From Candidatus Iainarchaeum sp. (GTDB taxonomy: Archaea; Iainarchaeota; Iainarchaeia; Iainarchaeales; UBA10191): 19,270 nucleotides of DNA. Each line of letters starts with the position of its first letter. The first letter of the stretch is position 1. The position numbers and the translations under genes are program-made. The notes below the pieces were generated by a model. It ran no database searches. It had not been told where the DNA came from and saw only the letters and a list, made by a program, of their open reading frames with translations. This document shows positions 8,886-16,240 of this stretch, one piece after another. Where the stretch lies: NCBI GenBank assembly GCA_030649735.1, contig JAUSFL010000022.1, positions 1-19,270 on the forward strand, given 5' to 3'.

Positions 8886-10706
8886 ATGTGCGGAATTGTG
8901 GGATATGTTGGGGAAAAACAAGCGGCCCCATTGATTATTGAAGCTTTGAAAAAGCTTGAATACCGCGGTTATGACAGTTCAGGCATCAGCGTCTTGAACA
9001 GTGAAGGAATTTTTACTGCAAAAAAGAAAGGCAGGATTCAAGAGCTGGAAAGTATGCTTGATTATTCAAAAATTGAAGGCACTTTGGGAATAGCGCACAC
9101 TCGCTGGGCAACGCATGGAATTCCTGACGAAATCAACGCACACCCGCACTTGGACTGTTCTGGAAAAATCGCAATAGTTCATAATGGAATAATCGAAAAT
9201 TACGCTTCCTTGAAAGAAGTCCTGATTTCTGAAGGCCACAGGATTGTTTCGCAAACAGATTCCGAAATCATAGCGCACTTGATTGAAAAATTCCAAAAGC
9301 AAGGCAATCCCTTGGAGCACTCGGTGAAAAAAGCCCTGTCTTTGGTTGAAGGCACTTTCGGGCTTGCTGTATTGGGAACTGACAAGTTTGGCGGGCCAAG
9401 AATAATTGCCGCAAAAAAAGGCGCGTCATTAATAATCGGCATTGGAAACAATGAAATAATACTTGCGTCTGATGCAACCGCAATAATAAACCACACGAGA
9501 AAAGTGATTTACTTAAATGATGACGAGGTCGCAGTGCTTTCAAAAGACGGCTGTTTTATAACAAAAATCAATGGAGAGCGCGTCAAAAACCAAATCCAAG
9601 AAATAAAATGGAGCCTTGAAGAAATCGAAAAGAAAAATTTCAAGCACTTCATGCTCAAGGAAATAATGGAACAGCCTGAAGCAGTCCAGAATGCCTTGCG
9701 CGGCAGAATTAATGGCGCTGTTCCAAAATTAAGCTTGAAAATAGACGTGAATAAAACCAAAAGAATAATCTTGACTGCCTGCGGAACAAGCTGGCATTCT
9801 GCCCTGATTGGCAAATACCTGATTGAAAAAATAGCGCAAATTCCTGTAGAGGCAGATTATGCCTCTGAATTCCGCTACAGGGATCCGTTAATTTCTGAAA
9901 CAGATTTGGTAATGGCCATTTCACAATCCGGAGAAACAGCAGATACTCTGGCTGCATTGCGGCAGGCAAAATCAAAAAATGCGCAGACTGCCGGAATAGT
10001 GAATGTTGTCGGTTCCACAATTGCCCGCGAAGTAGATTCTGGAATTTTCCTTCATGCCGGGCCAGAGATTGGGGTTGCAAGCACCAAGGCATTCACGACC
10101 CAAGTGGTTGCTTTGGCATTGTTTGCATTGTTTTTAAGGCATGAAAAGGGAATTAAAGACAGTCCAGAATTGATGAGAGAGCTTTCAATGATTCCTTCAA
10201 AAATCAAGGAATTCTTGACAAGTGCTGAAGGGCAAATTGGCGGGATTGCCAAAGAATTTTACAGTTCAAAAAACTTTCTTTATCTCGGCAGGGGAGTGAA
10301 TTTTCCAGTGGCCTTGGAAGGCGCCCTGAAATTAAAGGAAATCTCTTACATTCATGCTGAAGGATATCCCGCGGCTGAAATGAAGCACGGGCCGATAGCC
10401 TTGGTCGATGATGAAATGCCTGTCGTGTTTGTTGCAACGCAAAGCGCTTCAACTTTTGACAAAATCACCAGTAACATGCAGGAAATCAAGGCCCGCGGCG
10501 GCAGGATTATTACAATAACTGACGAGGAAAACAGTTCAATAAAGTCTCTTTCAAATTTTTTGGTTCTGGTTCCAAAAACAATTGAAGAGCTTTCTCCAAT
10601 AATTAATGTGCTGCCATTGCAGCTTTTGGCTTACAAAATTGCGGACTTGAAAGGCCTGAGCATTGACAAGCCACGCAATTTGGCAAAATCAGTCACTGTA
10701 GAGTGA
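8886..10706 (+). CDS. glmS: Glutamine--fructose-6-phosphate aminotransferase (isomerizing)
   Basis: The true start is ATG 8886, giving MCGIVGY with the catalytic N-terminal Cys. Motifs LEYRGYDSSG, HTRWATHG, HNGIIEN, SQSGETADT, GPEIGVASTKAF, EGALKLKEISY and the C-terminal PRNLAKSVTVE. Confidence 0.98.
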   Translation: MCGIVGYVGEKQAAPLIIEALKKLEYRGYDSSGISVLNSEGIFTAKKKGRIQELESMLDYSKIEGTLGIAHTRWATHGIPDEINAHPHLDCSGKIAIVHNGIIENYASLKEVLISEGHRIVSQTDSEIIAHLIEKFQKQGNPLEHSVKKALSLVEGTFGLAVLGTDKFGGPRIIAAKKGASLIIGIGNNEIILASDATAIINHTRKVIYLNDDEVAVLSKDGCFITKINGERVKNQIQEIKWSLEEIEKKNFKHFMLKEIMEQPEAVQNALRGRINGAVPKLSLKIDVNKTKRIILTACGTSWHSALIGKYLIEKIAQIPVEADYASEFRYRDPLISETDLVMAISQSGETADTLAALRQAKSKNAQTAGIVNVVGSTIAREVDSGIFLHAGPEIGVASTKAFTTQVVALALFALFLRHEKGIKDSPELMRELSMIPSKIKEFLTSAEGQIGGIAKEFYSSKNFLYLGRGVNFPVALEGALKLKEISYIHAEGYPAAEMKHGPIALVDDEMPVVFVATQSASTFDKITSNMQEIKARGGRIITITDEENSSIKSLSNFLVLVPKTIEELSPIINVLPLQLLAYKIADLKGLSIDKPRNLAKSVTVE

Positions 10707-10756
10707 AAGAATTCCTTCTTTCCAAATTTGCTAGAGTTGCTAATTATCCCTTTGTT

Positions 10757-10778
10757 TTTTAAATGTGTGTTAGCACAT
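10757..10778 (+). promoter_or_regulatory. TA operon promoter: TATA box with an adjacent palindromic operator
   Basis: TTTTAAA at 10757-10763 runs directly into ATGTG-N6-CACAT (10763-10778). SD GGTGGT at 10791-10796. Confidence 0.55.
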
Positions 10779-10799
10779 ATTACAAATAGTGGTGGTTTA

Positions 10800-11018
10800 A
10801 TGGCTAATATGACTTTGAGCATTCCTGAAGAATTGCATAAGAAAATGCGGAGGCATTCTGAATTCAAGTGGAGCGAGGTTGCGAGGAAGGCGTTTGAGGA
10901 AAAAGTAAATGATGCTATTTTGATTGAAGATCTTAAATCAATTTCACGGGCTGAGAAAGAGCACAGTGCGGGGAAGACAATTTCACATTCTGCTTTGTTG
11001 AAAGAATTAGGCCTTTGA
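10800..11018 (+). CDS. Ribbon-helix-helix antitoxin (type II TA)
   Basis: The start at ATG 10800 follows a GGTGGT SD. MANMTLSIPEELHKKMRRHSEFKWSEVARKAFEEKV is an RHH pattern. The C-terminal GKTISHSALLKELGL is typical of RelB-like antitoxins. It lies 3 nt upstream of the toxin gene. Confidence 0.85.
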   Translation: MANMTLSIPEELHKKMRRHSEFKWSEVARKAFEEKVNDAILIEDLKSISRAEKEHSAGKTISHSALLKELGL

Positions 11019-11021
11019 AAC

Positions 11022-11270
11022 ATGGCTCAGAATATTTTTTATTCTACTTGTGCGGTTAGGCAAATAAAGAAATTGGATAATTCTTTGAAAATCCAACTTT
11101 CGAAAAAGATTTCCGAATTGCGGGAAAACCCAGAGCTTGGAAAGCCTTTGGGCAATATTTTGAAGAATAAGCGAAGCCTGCATATTGGAAAATTCCGCGT
11201 GCTTTATTCAATCAAGGAAAAAGACATAATAATTGCTGAAGTGGGGCACAGAAAAAACATTTGTGAATGA
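11022..11270 (+). CDS. RelE/ParE-family toxin (type II TA)
   Basis: 82 aa and basic. Motifs A.RQIKKLD, L.ENP..GKPL.G.L, IGKFRVLY and VGHRKNI. Confidence 0.88.
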   Translation: MAQNIFYSTCAVRQIKKLDNSLKIQLSKKISELRENPELGKPLGNILKNKRSLHIGKFRVLYSIKEKDIIIAEVGHRKNICE

Positions 11271-11299
11271 GCGGGCAGACTTGCTGAATTAGGGAATAA

Positions 11300-11333
11300 A
11301 AATTAGAAAAAAAGCAAAAGCGCCTGGCGCTTT
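11300..11333 (-). terminator. Hairpin plus U-tract terminator for the minus-strand histone gene
   Basis: Perfect palindrome AAAGCGCC-T-GGCGCTTT (11317-11333) starts at the stop codon. On the minus strand it is followed by a T-rich tract (gctttttttctaattttt). Confidence 0.65.
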
Positions 11334-11737
11334 CACTTTACGAATTTTCTGTCAACTTCATTAATTAGAACATCGCATGCTGCCTTGATGCTTTCGAGCT
11401 GTTTGATGATTCTTTCTTTTTCTTTTTCAATGTCTTGGATGTTTTCGTAGGCTTCGACTGCTTCCCTAAACATTGAACCGTCAACATAACTGTATGGGTT
11501 TTGGTTCATTTTTGTGGCCACTCTTTCAATCATTTTTCCAAGCCAAAGGTTTAATTCGACTTTTACCTGGCCTTTGATTTGCTTTCCTTTGTCCAAGTGC
11601 TTTCTGAGCTTGTTTGTTATTGTGGCGCGAGGGAATGGAAGCTCTATTCCTGACTCTTCAGCCTCTAATTCTTCGACTGAAATTTCTTCTTCGCTCACCG
11701 TATTAGTACTGTTTTCTTCAATTTCTTCTTCAACCAT
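11333..11737 (-). CDS. Histone-fold protein with an acidic N-terminal tail and a C-terminal coiled-coil helix (coiled-coil histone-like)
   Basis: LPFPRATITNKLRKHL (alpha1), IKGQVKVELNLWLGKMIERVATKM (alpha2), YVDGSMFREAV (L2/alpha3), then the heptad helix IEKEKERIIKQLESIKAACDVLINEVDRKF. SD GGTGGGG lies on the minus strand at 11744-11750. Confidence 0.72.
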   Translation of the reverse strand: MVEEEIEENSTNTVSEEEISVEELEAEESGIELPFPRATITNKLRKHLDKGKQIKGQVKVELNLWLGKMIERVATKMNQNPYSYVDGSMFREAVEAYENIQDIEKEKERIIKQLESIKAACDVLINEVDRKFVK

Positions 11738-11755
11738 TCAAAACCCCACCTTAAA

Positions 11756-11772
11756 AATGCCGAATCGGCATT
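11756..11772. promoter_or_regulatory. Perfect 17-bp palindrome (operator or 5'-UTR hairpin) between the divergent histone genes
   Basis: AATGCCGA-A-TCGGCATT, 5 nt upstream of the SD of the minus-strand gene. Confidence 0.5.
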
Positions 11773-11978
11773 GTTTTTTGGTATGTTATTACTGCGGCGA
11801 TTAAAATAAAAAGCCAACCACCCCCAAAACCATTGTTCCTTTTTATTCTTTTCTGTGGCTTCAAAAAACGTAGTGCCTAACTCTTTTTTGTGCTTCCTGA
11901 ATGCAGAAAAAACCACTATTTTTAATTTCTTCTGCCTTTTTTGATTGCTATTCTTCACATTTTTTGGAGGTAATTAAA

Positions 11979-12155
11979 ATGGCAGAATTATTGGTTGTAA
12001 CAAGCAAAGTAAAAGAAGCGATTTCAAAGGCTGACATGAACTGTTCAAGCGACACTCCTGACGCCTTAAGCGCTCACGTTGACGCAGTCATTCAAAAGGC
12101 AGTCGCGCGCGCGAAAGCAAACGGCAGAAAGACAGTAAGGCCAGAGGATTTCTAA
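11979..12155 (+). CDS. Short (58 aa) prokaryotic histone with a truncated alpha3 (face-to-face / Bd0055-like / DUF1931-like type)
   Basis: Strong SD GGAGGT at 11966-11971 precedes ATG 11979. The protein is MAELLVVTSKVKEAISKADMNCSSDTPDALSAHVDAVIQKAVARAKANGRKTVRPEDF, with the LVVxSKVK N-terminus and the RAxxNGRKTVxxxD histone L2 motif. Confidence 0.9.
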   Translation: MAELLVVTSKVKEAISKADMNCSSDTPDALSAHVDAVIQKAVARAKANGRKTVRPEDF

Positions 12156-12161
12156 AATCCT
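12145..12161 (+). terminator. Hairpin overlapping the histone stop codon (possible 3'-end structure)
   Basis: AGGATTT-CTA-AAATCCT, imperfectly extendable to about 12137-12168. Confidence 0.45.
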
Positions 12162-12175
12162 TGCCCTTATTGTCT

Positions 12176-12210
12176 AAAAAATTAAATACTAAAGCTTCTT
12201 CTTTTCTAAT
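12176..12210 (+). promoter_or_regulatory. Conserved promoter cassette copy 1 (A-rich BRE-like element, TATA, pyrimidine spacer)
   Basis: aaaaaaTTAAATActaaagcttcttcttttctaatGTG. The TATA at 12182 is 29 nt before the start codon, and there is no SD. Confidence 0.7.
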
Positions 12211-14100
12211 GTGGGATTAAAACTATTGGTTGTTTGCTTTGCATTACTGCTTTTTTCAAGCACTGCTTTTGCAGCAGAATGGTATGTCAGGCCTCCAATT
12301 GATACTTACGGCTTGAATAATGGCTCTTCTTTTGAAAATGCGTGGAGCGGGCTTGAAAATGTTGTTTGGGGCAATTCAGGCATCAATGCCGGCGACACTT
12401 TATTTATTTGCGGAGTCCAAATCAGGACAGTTTCTCAAGTAAGATATGAAGAAGGAATAATCAAAATTCCTTTTTCTGGAACTTCAGAATCAAGCCCAAT
12501 TACAATCAGGATGGACTGCCCTAATGGGGAAACAGGGTTCTTGTGGGGCATTTATGACGACCGCGTAAAAAACTCCAATGGCCCGCAATGGCAAGGCCCA
12601 GACCCTAATGGAGTTTACTCAACTAAAGACTTTACAACTCTCGGAAAGGGCGAATACGTCGAATACAATGGAACAACCGCGGTAAAGTTCAAGAAAATGC
12701 CCGGCAAGACTTGGGTTGGAAACAATGCGGCTTCTTTTTTTGAATCTTCAACAGGCACTACTTTCGTGAAAACAATTAATGGTGGAAGTCCTTCAGGAAA
12801 AATTTTTGCGCAGCATTGGGCCTTGGGCTATGGAATCAATTTTGCGGGAAAGAATTACATAAAGTTTTACAAATGCAATTTTTTGGGGGCTGCAATCCAA
12901 AAATACAAGCCAGATGATGATGAATATCTTGGGCCTTCAACGCACATTGTGTTTGACAATTGCGTGATAAAATACTATAATGAGGCCTTGAACCTTTATG
13001 CCGGCGACAATTACTGGACAATCAAGAATTCAGAAATCAGCAATTTTGGAGAAACGCACGGCGCAATTTACGCGCACACTCCAGGAATGGTTTACAACCT
13101 TACTGTGGAAAACAACAAAATCCACGACGTCTGCTATGATTGCGATGGCTCAATTTGCCCATCAAACACTTTTGACTGCCACGCGATTGGAATCCAGAAT
13201 GGCGAAAACCATTTAATTCAAGGCAATGAAATCTGGAACACTGGAGAGGCAATCAGCTTTTGGTCTGACACTTTCACAATGAAAAACATGACAGTGCGGA
13301 ACAATTTCATAAAAAATGCGAGAGTCTTTGGCGGAGAGAATGGAACTGGCGGCTCTGGAATAGTAATTTCCGGCGGCTCGAACGCGACTGCGGGCAAGAG
13401 AACTGGCTTTAAAATTTACAACAACATCATAATGAACACTGGACTAGGGTATGAATCAACTTGGACTGGAAGCGGAATAAGCAGCAACAATCCAGACTAC
13501 ACGGAAATTTACAATAATGTAATTTACAACCCGGGCGGGATTGGAATCAGGATAATTCCGGCCTTACCATTCAGCGGGAAAATCTATAACAACATCATAG
13601 TAAGCCCAAGGCTTAATTACTTGAAAATAATTGCCCAAGTAAACCCAAATCCTGGTTTGATTGTTTCCAACAATCTTTACTCTCCTGCAGTAGATTATTC
13701 CAATTTTGCTGTCTCTGAAGGAATCAATTTTACCGTAAATTCAATCTTTGCAAGCCCTAAATTCAATATTTCAAGCCCGCAAAACCCTGCCGATTTTGTA
13801 TTAGAGCAATCAAGTCCTGCAATTGACAAGGGCGTTAGCTTTTCAGGCGCTTTCGCGAACGATTTTTCCGGAACTTCAAGGCCTCAAGGAACTGCTTGGG
13901 ACATTGGCGCTTTTGAGTCTTCAAATGCTCCGGCATGCCTTGACTTGAAAAAGGACGGAAAAATTGACATTTTGGATTTAGTGTTTGTGATTTCCCGCTT
14001 TGGCAATCCAAGGGGCGATCTTGCAGATGTTGTTGGGAATAACGGCGTGGACATTAGTGATTTGCAGGAAGTTGCGGCTCATTTTGGCCAAACTTGCTGA
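12211..14100 (+). CDS. Secreted right-handed beta-helix (pectin-lyase-like) protein with a choice-of-anchor-Q-like segment and a C-terminal dockerin-like domain
   Basis: Signal peptide ending in AFA. WYVRP...GSSFENAW N-cap. Repeated I.NN.I.N beta-helix rungs. DFVLEQSSPAIDKG...DFSGTSRPQGTAWDIGAFE. Dockerin-like DLKKDGKIDILDL...DVVGNNGVDISDL at 13936-14100. Confidence 0.88.
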   Translation: MGLKLLVVCFALLLFSSTAFAAEWYVRPPIDTYGLNNGSSFENAWSGLENVVWGNSGINAGDTLFICGVQIRTVSQVRYEEGIIKIPFSGTSESSPITIRMDCPNGETGFLWGIYDDRVKNSNGPQWQGPDPNGVYSTKDFTTLGKGEYVEYNGTTAVKFKKMPGKTWVGNNAASFFESSTGTTFVKTINGGSPSGKIFAQHWALGYGINFAGKNYIKFYKCNFLGAAIQKYKPDDDEYLGPSTHIVFDNCVIKYYNEALNLYAGDNYWTIKNSEISNFGETHGAIYAHTPGMVYNLTVENNKIHDVCYDCDGSICPSNTFDCHAIGIQNGENHLIQGNEIWNTGEAISFWSDTFTMKNMTVRNNFIKNARVFGGENGTGGSGIVISGGSNATAGKRTGFKIYNNIIMNTGLGYESTWTGSGISSNNPDYTEIYNNVIYNPGGIGIRIIPALPFSGKIYNNIIVSPRLNYLKIIAQVNPNPGLIVSNNLYSPAVDYSNFAVSEGINFTVNSIFASPKFNISSPQNPADFVLEQSSPAIDKGVSFSGAFANDFSGTSRPQGTAWDIGAFESSNAPACLDLKKDGKIDILDLVFVISRFGNPRGDLADVVGNNGVDISDLQEVAAHFGQTC

Positions 14101-14107
14101 TCCTTCA

Positions 14108-14161
14108 AAAACCTGTTCTTTTTTGGCAATTAATAAATACTGAAACTTCTTTTTCTTTTGC
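14108..14161 (+). promoter_or_regulatory. Terminator/promoter cassette copy 2
   Basis: T-tract followed by ggcaattaATAAATActgaaacttctttttcttttgcGTG. The TATA at 14133 is 29 nt before GTG 14162. Confidence 0.7.
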
Positions 14162-16204
14162 GTGAGAGTTAAATTATTGCTTTTTTTATTTGCACTTCTG
14201 ATTTTTTCTAGCTTTGCTTTTGCGCAAGATTGGTTTGTGAGCCCGACTGCTCAAGGAACGCACAACGGCAGTTCTTATGCTAATGCTTGGGGTGGTTTTG
14301 ATCAATTAATTTGGGGCGAGGGCGGAGTAAGTGCTGGCGATACTCTTGTCGTTAGCGGAACTTTTATCTACCCCGATAATATGCTGAAAGGTTTGGTTAT
14401 TGGCGCTAATGGATCAGCGGGTAATTATATTACAATTAATGGCAATGATGGAATTCATCCGCAAGGCGTGATTATTGGAGCCCGCAAAATGGCCTCAGCC
14501 AATTTTTTGGACAATAATGATAACACTTTTTCCGCAAATATCTCCTTTAATGCTCCTTTGGCTTGGCAGGGCGATCCAACTGGAACTCCAAAGCTGTTGA
14601 AAATAGCCACATCGAAGGATGAATGTATTCAAATAGATGGCAGTTTTTACGTTGATACATTACCCACTCCAGATGTTTTATATGTCAATCCTTATGGGTT
14701 GAGCATTGAAGATATCTACTATAACTGGGCTGATAATATTGCAGGCAATGGGTATGATTACATTTATCTGAAAAACCTGAGATTATTCGGCGCTTCAAGC
14801 TCGCGTGGAATAATCCAGCTTTCCCGCGTTGGCGCTGCTGCAGGAAATGGCGCTCGGCACTGGATTATTGAAGACAGCGAGCTTGCCTTTGGCGGTAAAA
14901 CTGGAATTTATGCCCAAGCATATTCTACTGATGATATTCAAATTCTCGACAGCAATATTCATCGCGTGCCAACTGGGACTTACCCAACCGCAGAGCCGGG
15001 CATAGCGCACACTAATTGGGTTTTTGATGGAATTGAAATTTATTCTGGCGAGGACCTTGACAACATTTATGGTTGGACGCGCTCCGACAGGCATGCTTTG
15101 GGCGGGCAAGGCTTGGCTGGCGCGTTGTTTCAGAATAATTACATTCATGATTGGGCCGGGGATGGAATTCTCGTTGGCGGATCGCTTTCACCCATCACTA
15201 ATGTCACTGTCAGAAATAATCGCATTTTTAATTTAAATGATAATGACAGCGCAAATTATCATTGGGCAATCGCGCAGGCTTTGTCCAATGCAACTGATTA
15301 TAGTAAAAGATCTGCGGGCTGGAAAGTTTATAATAATCTTATTCAAAACTGCGGGCCTGGCGCGACTGGCTATGATGGCGTGGCTTTTTATCTCAAAGGT
15401 AAAAGCGATATACAAATTTACAATAATACTGTTCGTAACTGCCTGTTTGGGATTCATTGGCTGAATGTATCGCAAGAGATTGGCATGCAGTTCACCGCCA
15501 AAAATAACATTTTCGCTGATATGCCTGCGGCAAGTTATTACTTGTATGGCGGGGTCAGCACTGGCGATGTCAATATTGTGATGAATAATAACTTGTATTC
15601 AGCGGACACCAGCGGCACAGCCAATAAATGGATGCTTGACTATGTTGATTCGACTAATTTCCTAGATTGGAAGAGCGATTCGCTTCAGGATGCTAATAGT
15701 TTGCTTGGAAATCCTGGTTTTGTTAATGCTGCTGCGGGAAATTTCAGGTTGCTCTCTGGCTCTTCTGCAATTAATGCTGGCCAGAACTTGAGCGCTTACT
15801 TCAATGACGACTTTGACGGCAATCCTCGCCCGACGGCTGGCGTTTGGGCTATTGGCGCTTTTGAGTTTGCTGGAGAACTGCCGTCGTGCAATCTGCCGCA
15901 GATTCTTTGCGGGGGAATTTGCGTTACTCCAGTGTGCTCTAGTAGTGCAGAATGTGATGACCATAATCCTTCAACAATAGACTCTTGTAATAATTCAGGC
16001 ACTTGCACTGCCAGCTGCACGCACACTTCGGCAAGAACTTGTTTTGACCTTACAAGCGATGGAAAAATTGACTTGTTTGACTTGGTTTTTGTTGCCTTAA
16101 GGATTGGAAATGCTACTGGAGACCCTGCGGATGTTAAAGACAATGACGGAGTCAACATCAGCGACTTGCAGGCTGTTGCTGGACAGTTCGGGCAGACTTG
16201 TTGA
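14162..16204 (+). CDS. Secreted right-handed beta-helix protein with a choice-of-anchor-Q-like segment, an 8-Cys linker and a C-terminal dockerin-like domain
   Basis: Signal peptide ending in AFA. WFVSP...GSSYANAW. Beta-helix rungs. NFRLLSGSSAINAG...DFDGNPRP...IGAFE. Cys module at 15887-16018 and dockerin-like domain at 16040-16204. Confidence 0.88.
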   Translation: MRVKLLLFLFALLIFSSFAFAQDWFVSPTAQGTHNGSSYANAWGGFDQLIWGEGGVSAGDTLVVSGTFIYPDNMLKGLVIGANGSAGNYITINGNDGIHPQGVIIGARKMASANFLDNNDNTFSANISFNAPLAWQGDPTGTPKLLKIATSKDECIQIDGSFYVDTLPTPDVLYVNPYGLSIEDIYYNWADNIAGNGYDYIYLKNLRLFGASSSRGIIQLSRVGAAAGNGARHWIIEDSELAFGGKTGIYAQAYSTDDIQILDSNIHRVPTGTYPTAEPGIAHTNWVFDGIEIYSGEDLDNIYGWTRSDRHALGGQGLAGALFQNNYIHDWAGDGILVGGSLSPITNVTVRNNRIFNLNDNDSANYHWAIAQALSNATDYSKRSAGWKVYNNLIQNCGPGATGYDGVAFYLKGKSDIQIYNNTVRNCLFGIHWLNVSQEIGMQFTAKNNIFADMPAASYYLYGGVSTGDVNIVMNNNLYSADTSGTANKWMLDYVDSTNFLDWKSDSLQDANSLLGNPGFVNAAAGNFRLLSGSSAINAGQNLSAYFNDDFDGNPRPTAGVWAIGAFEFAGELPSCNLPQILCGGICVTPVCSSSAECDDHNPSTIDSCNNSGTCTASCTHTSARTCFDLTSDGKIDLFDLVFVALRIGNATGDPADVKDNDGVNISDLQAVAGQFGQTC

Positions 16205-16240
16205 AATGCTTAAATATTAGATTATTCTTTTTTATATCAA
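16205..16240 (+). promoter_or_regulatory. Diverged promoter cassette copy 3
   Basis: gcTTAAATAttagattattctttttatatcaaATG. The TATA at 16210 is 31 nt before ATG 16241, and there is no SD. Confidence 0.6.

Noticed and set aside
120-10452. Numerous short antisense and alternate-frame ORFs inside the large genes (e.g. 7903-8421 -, 4288-4572 +)
   Set aside because: They are fully nested shadows of well-supported CDSs, with no recognizable motifs or translation signals.
10728-10799. Longer TTG-start version of the antitoxin
   Set aside because: The extension spans the TATA, operator and SD. The RHH beta-strand begins right after ATG 10800.
10707-11332. TA module as part of a mobile element
   Set aside because: No transposase, integrase, terminal inverted repeats or target-site duplication were seen.
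11695-11978. ORFs across the histone intergenic region (11514-11804 +, 11695-11958 -, and the 11901 extension)
   Set aside because: They are low-complexity translations of promoter DNA or overlap real genes. The SD at 11966 defines the start at 11979.
12209-12220. Out-of-frame ATG TGG GAT TAA mini-ORF overlapping the GTG start
   Set aside because: It is not conserved in the other three cassette copies and is probably chance. A regulatory role cannot be excluded.
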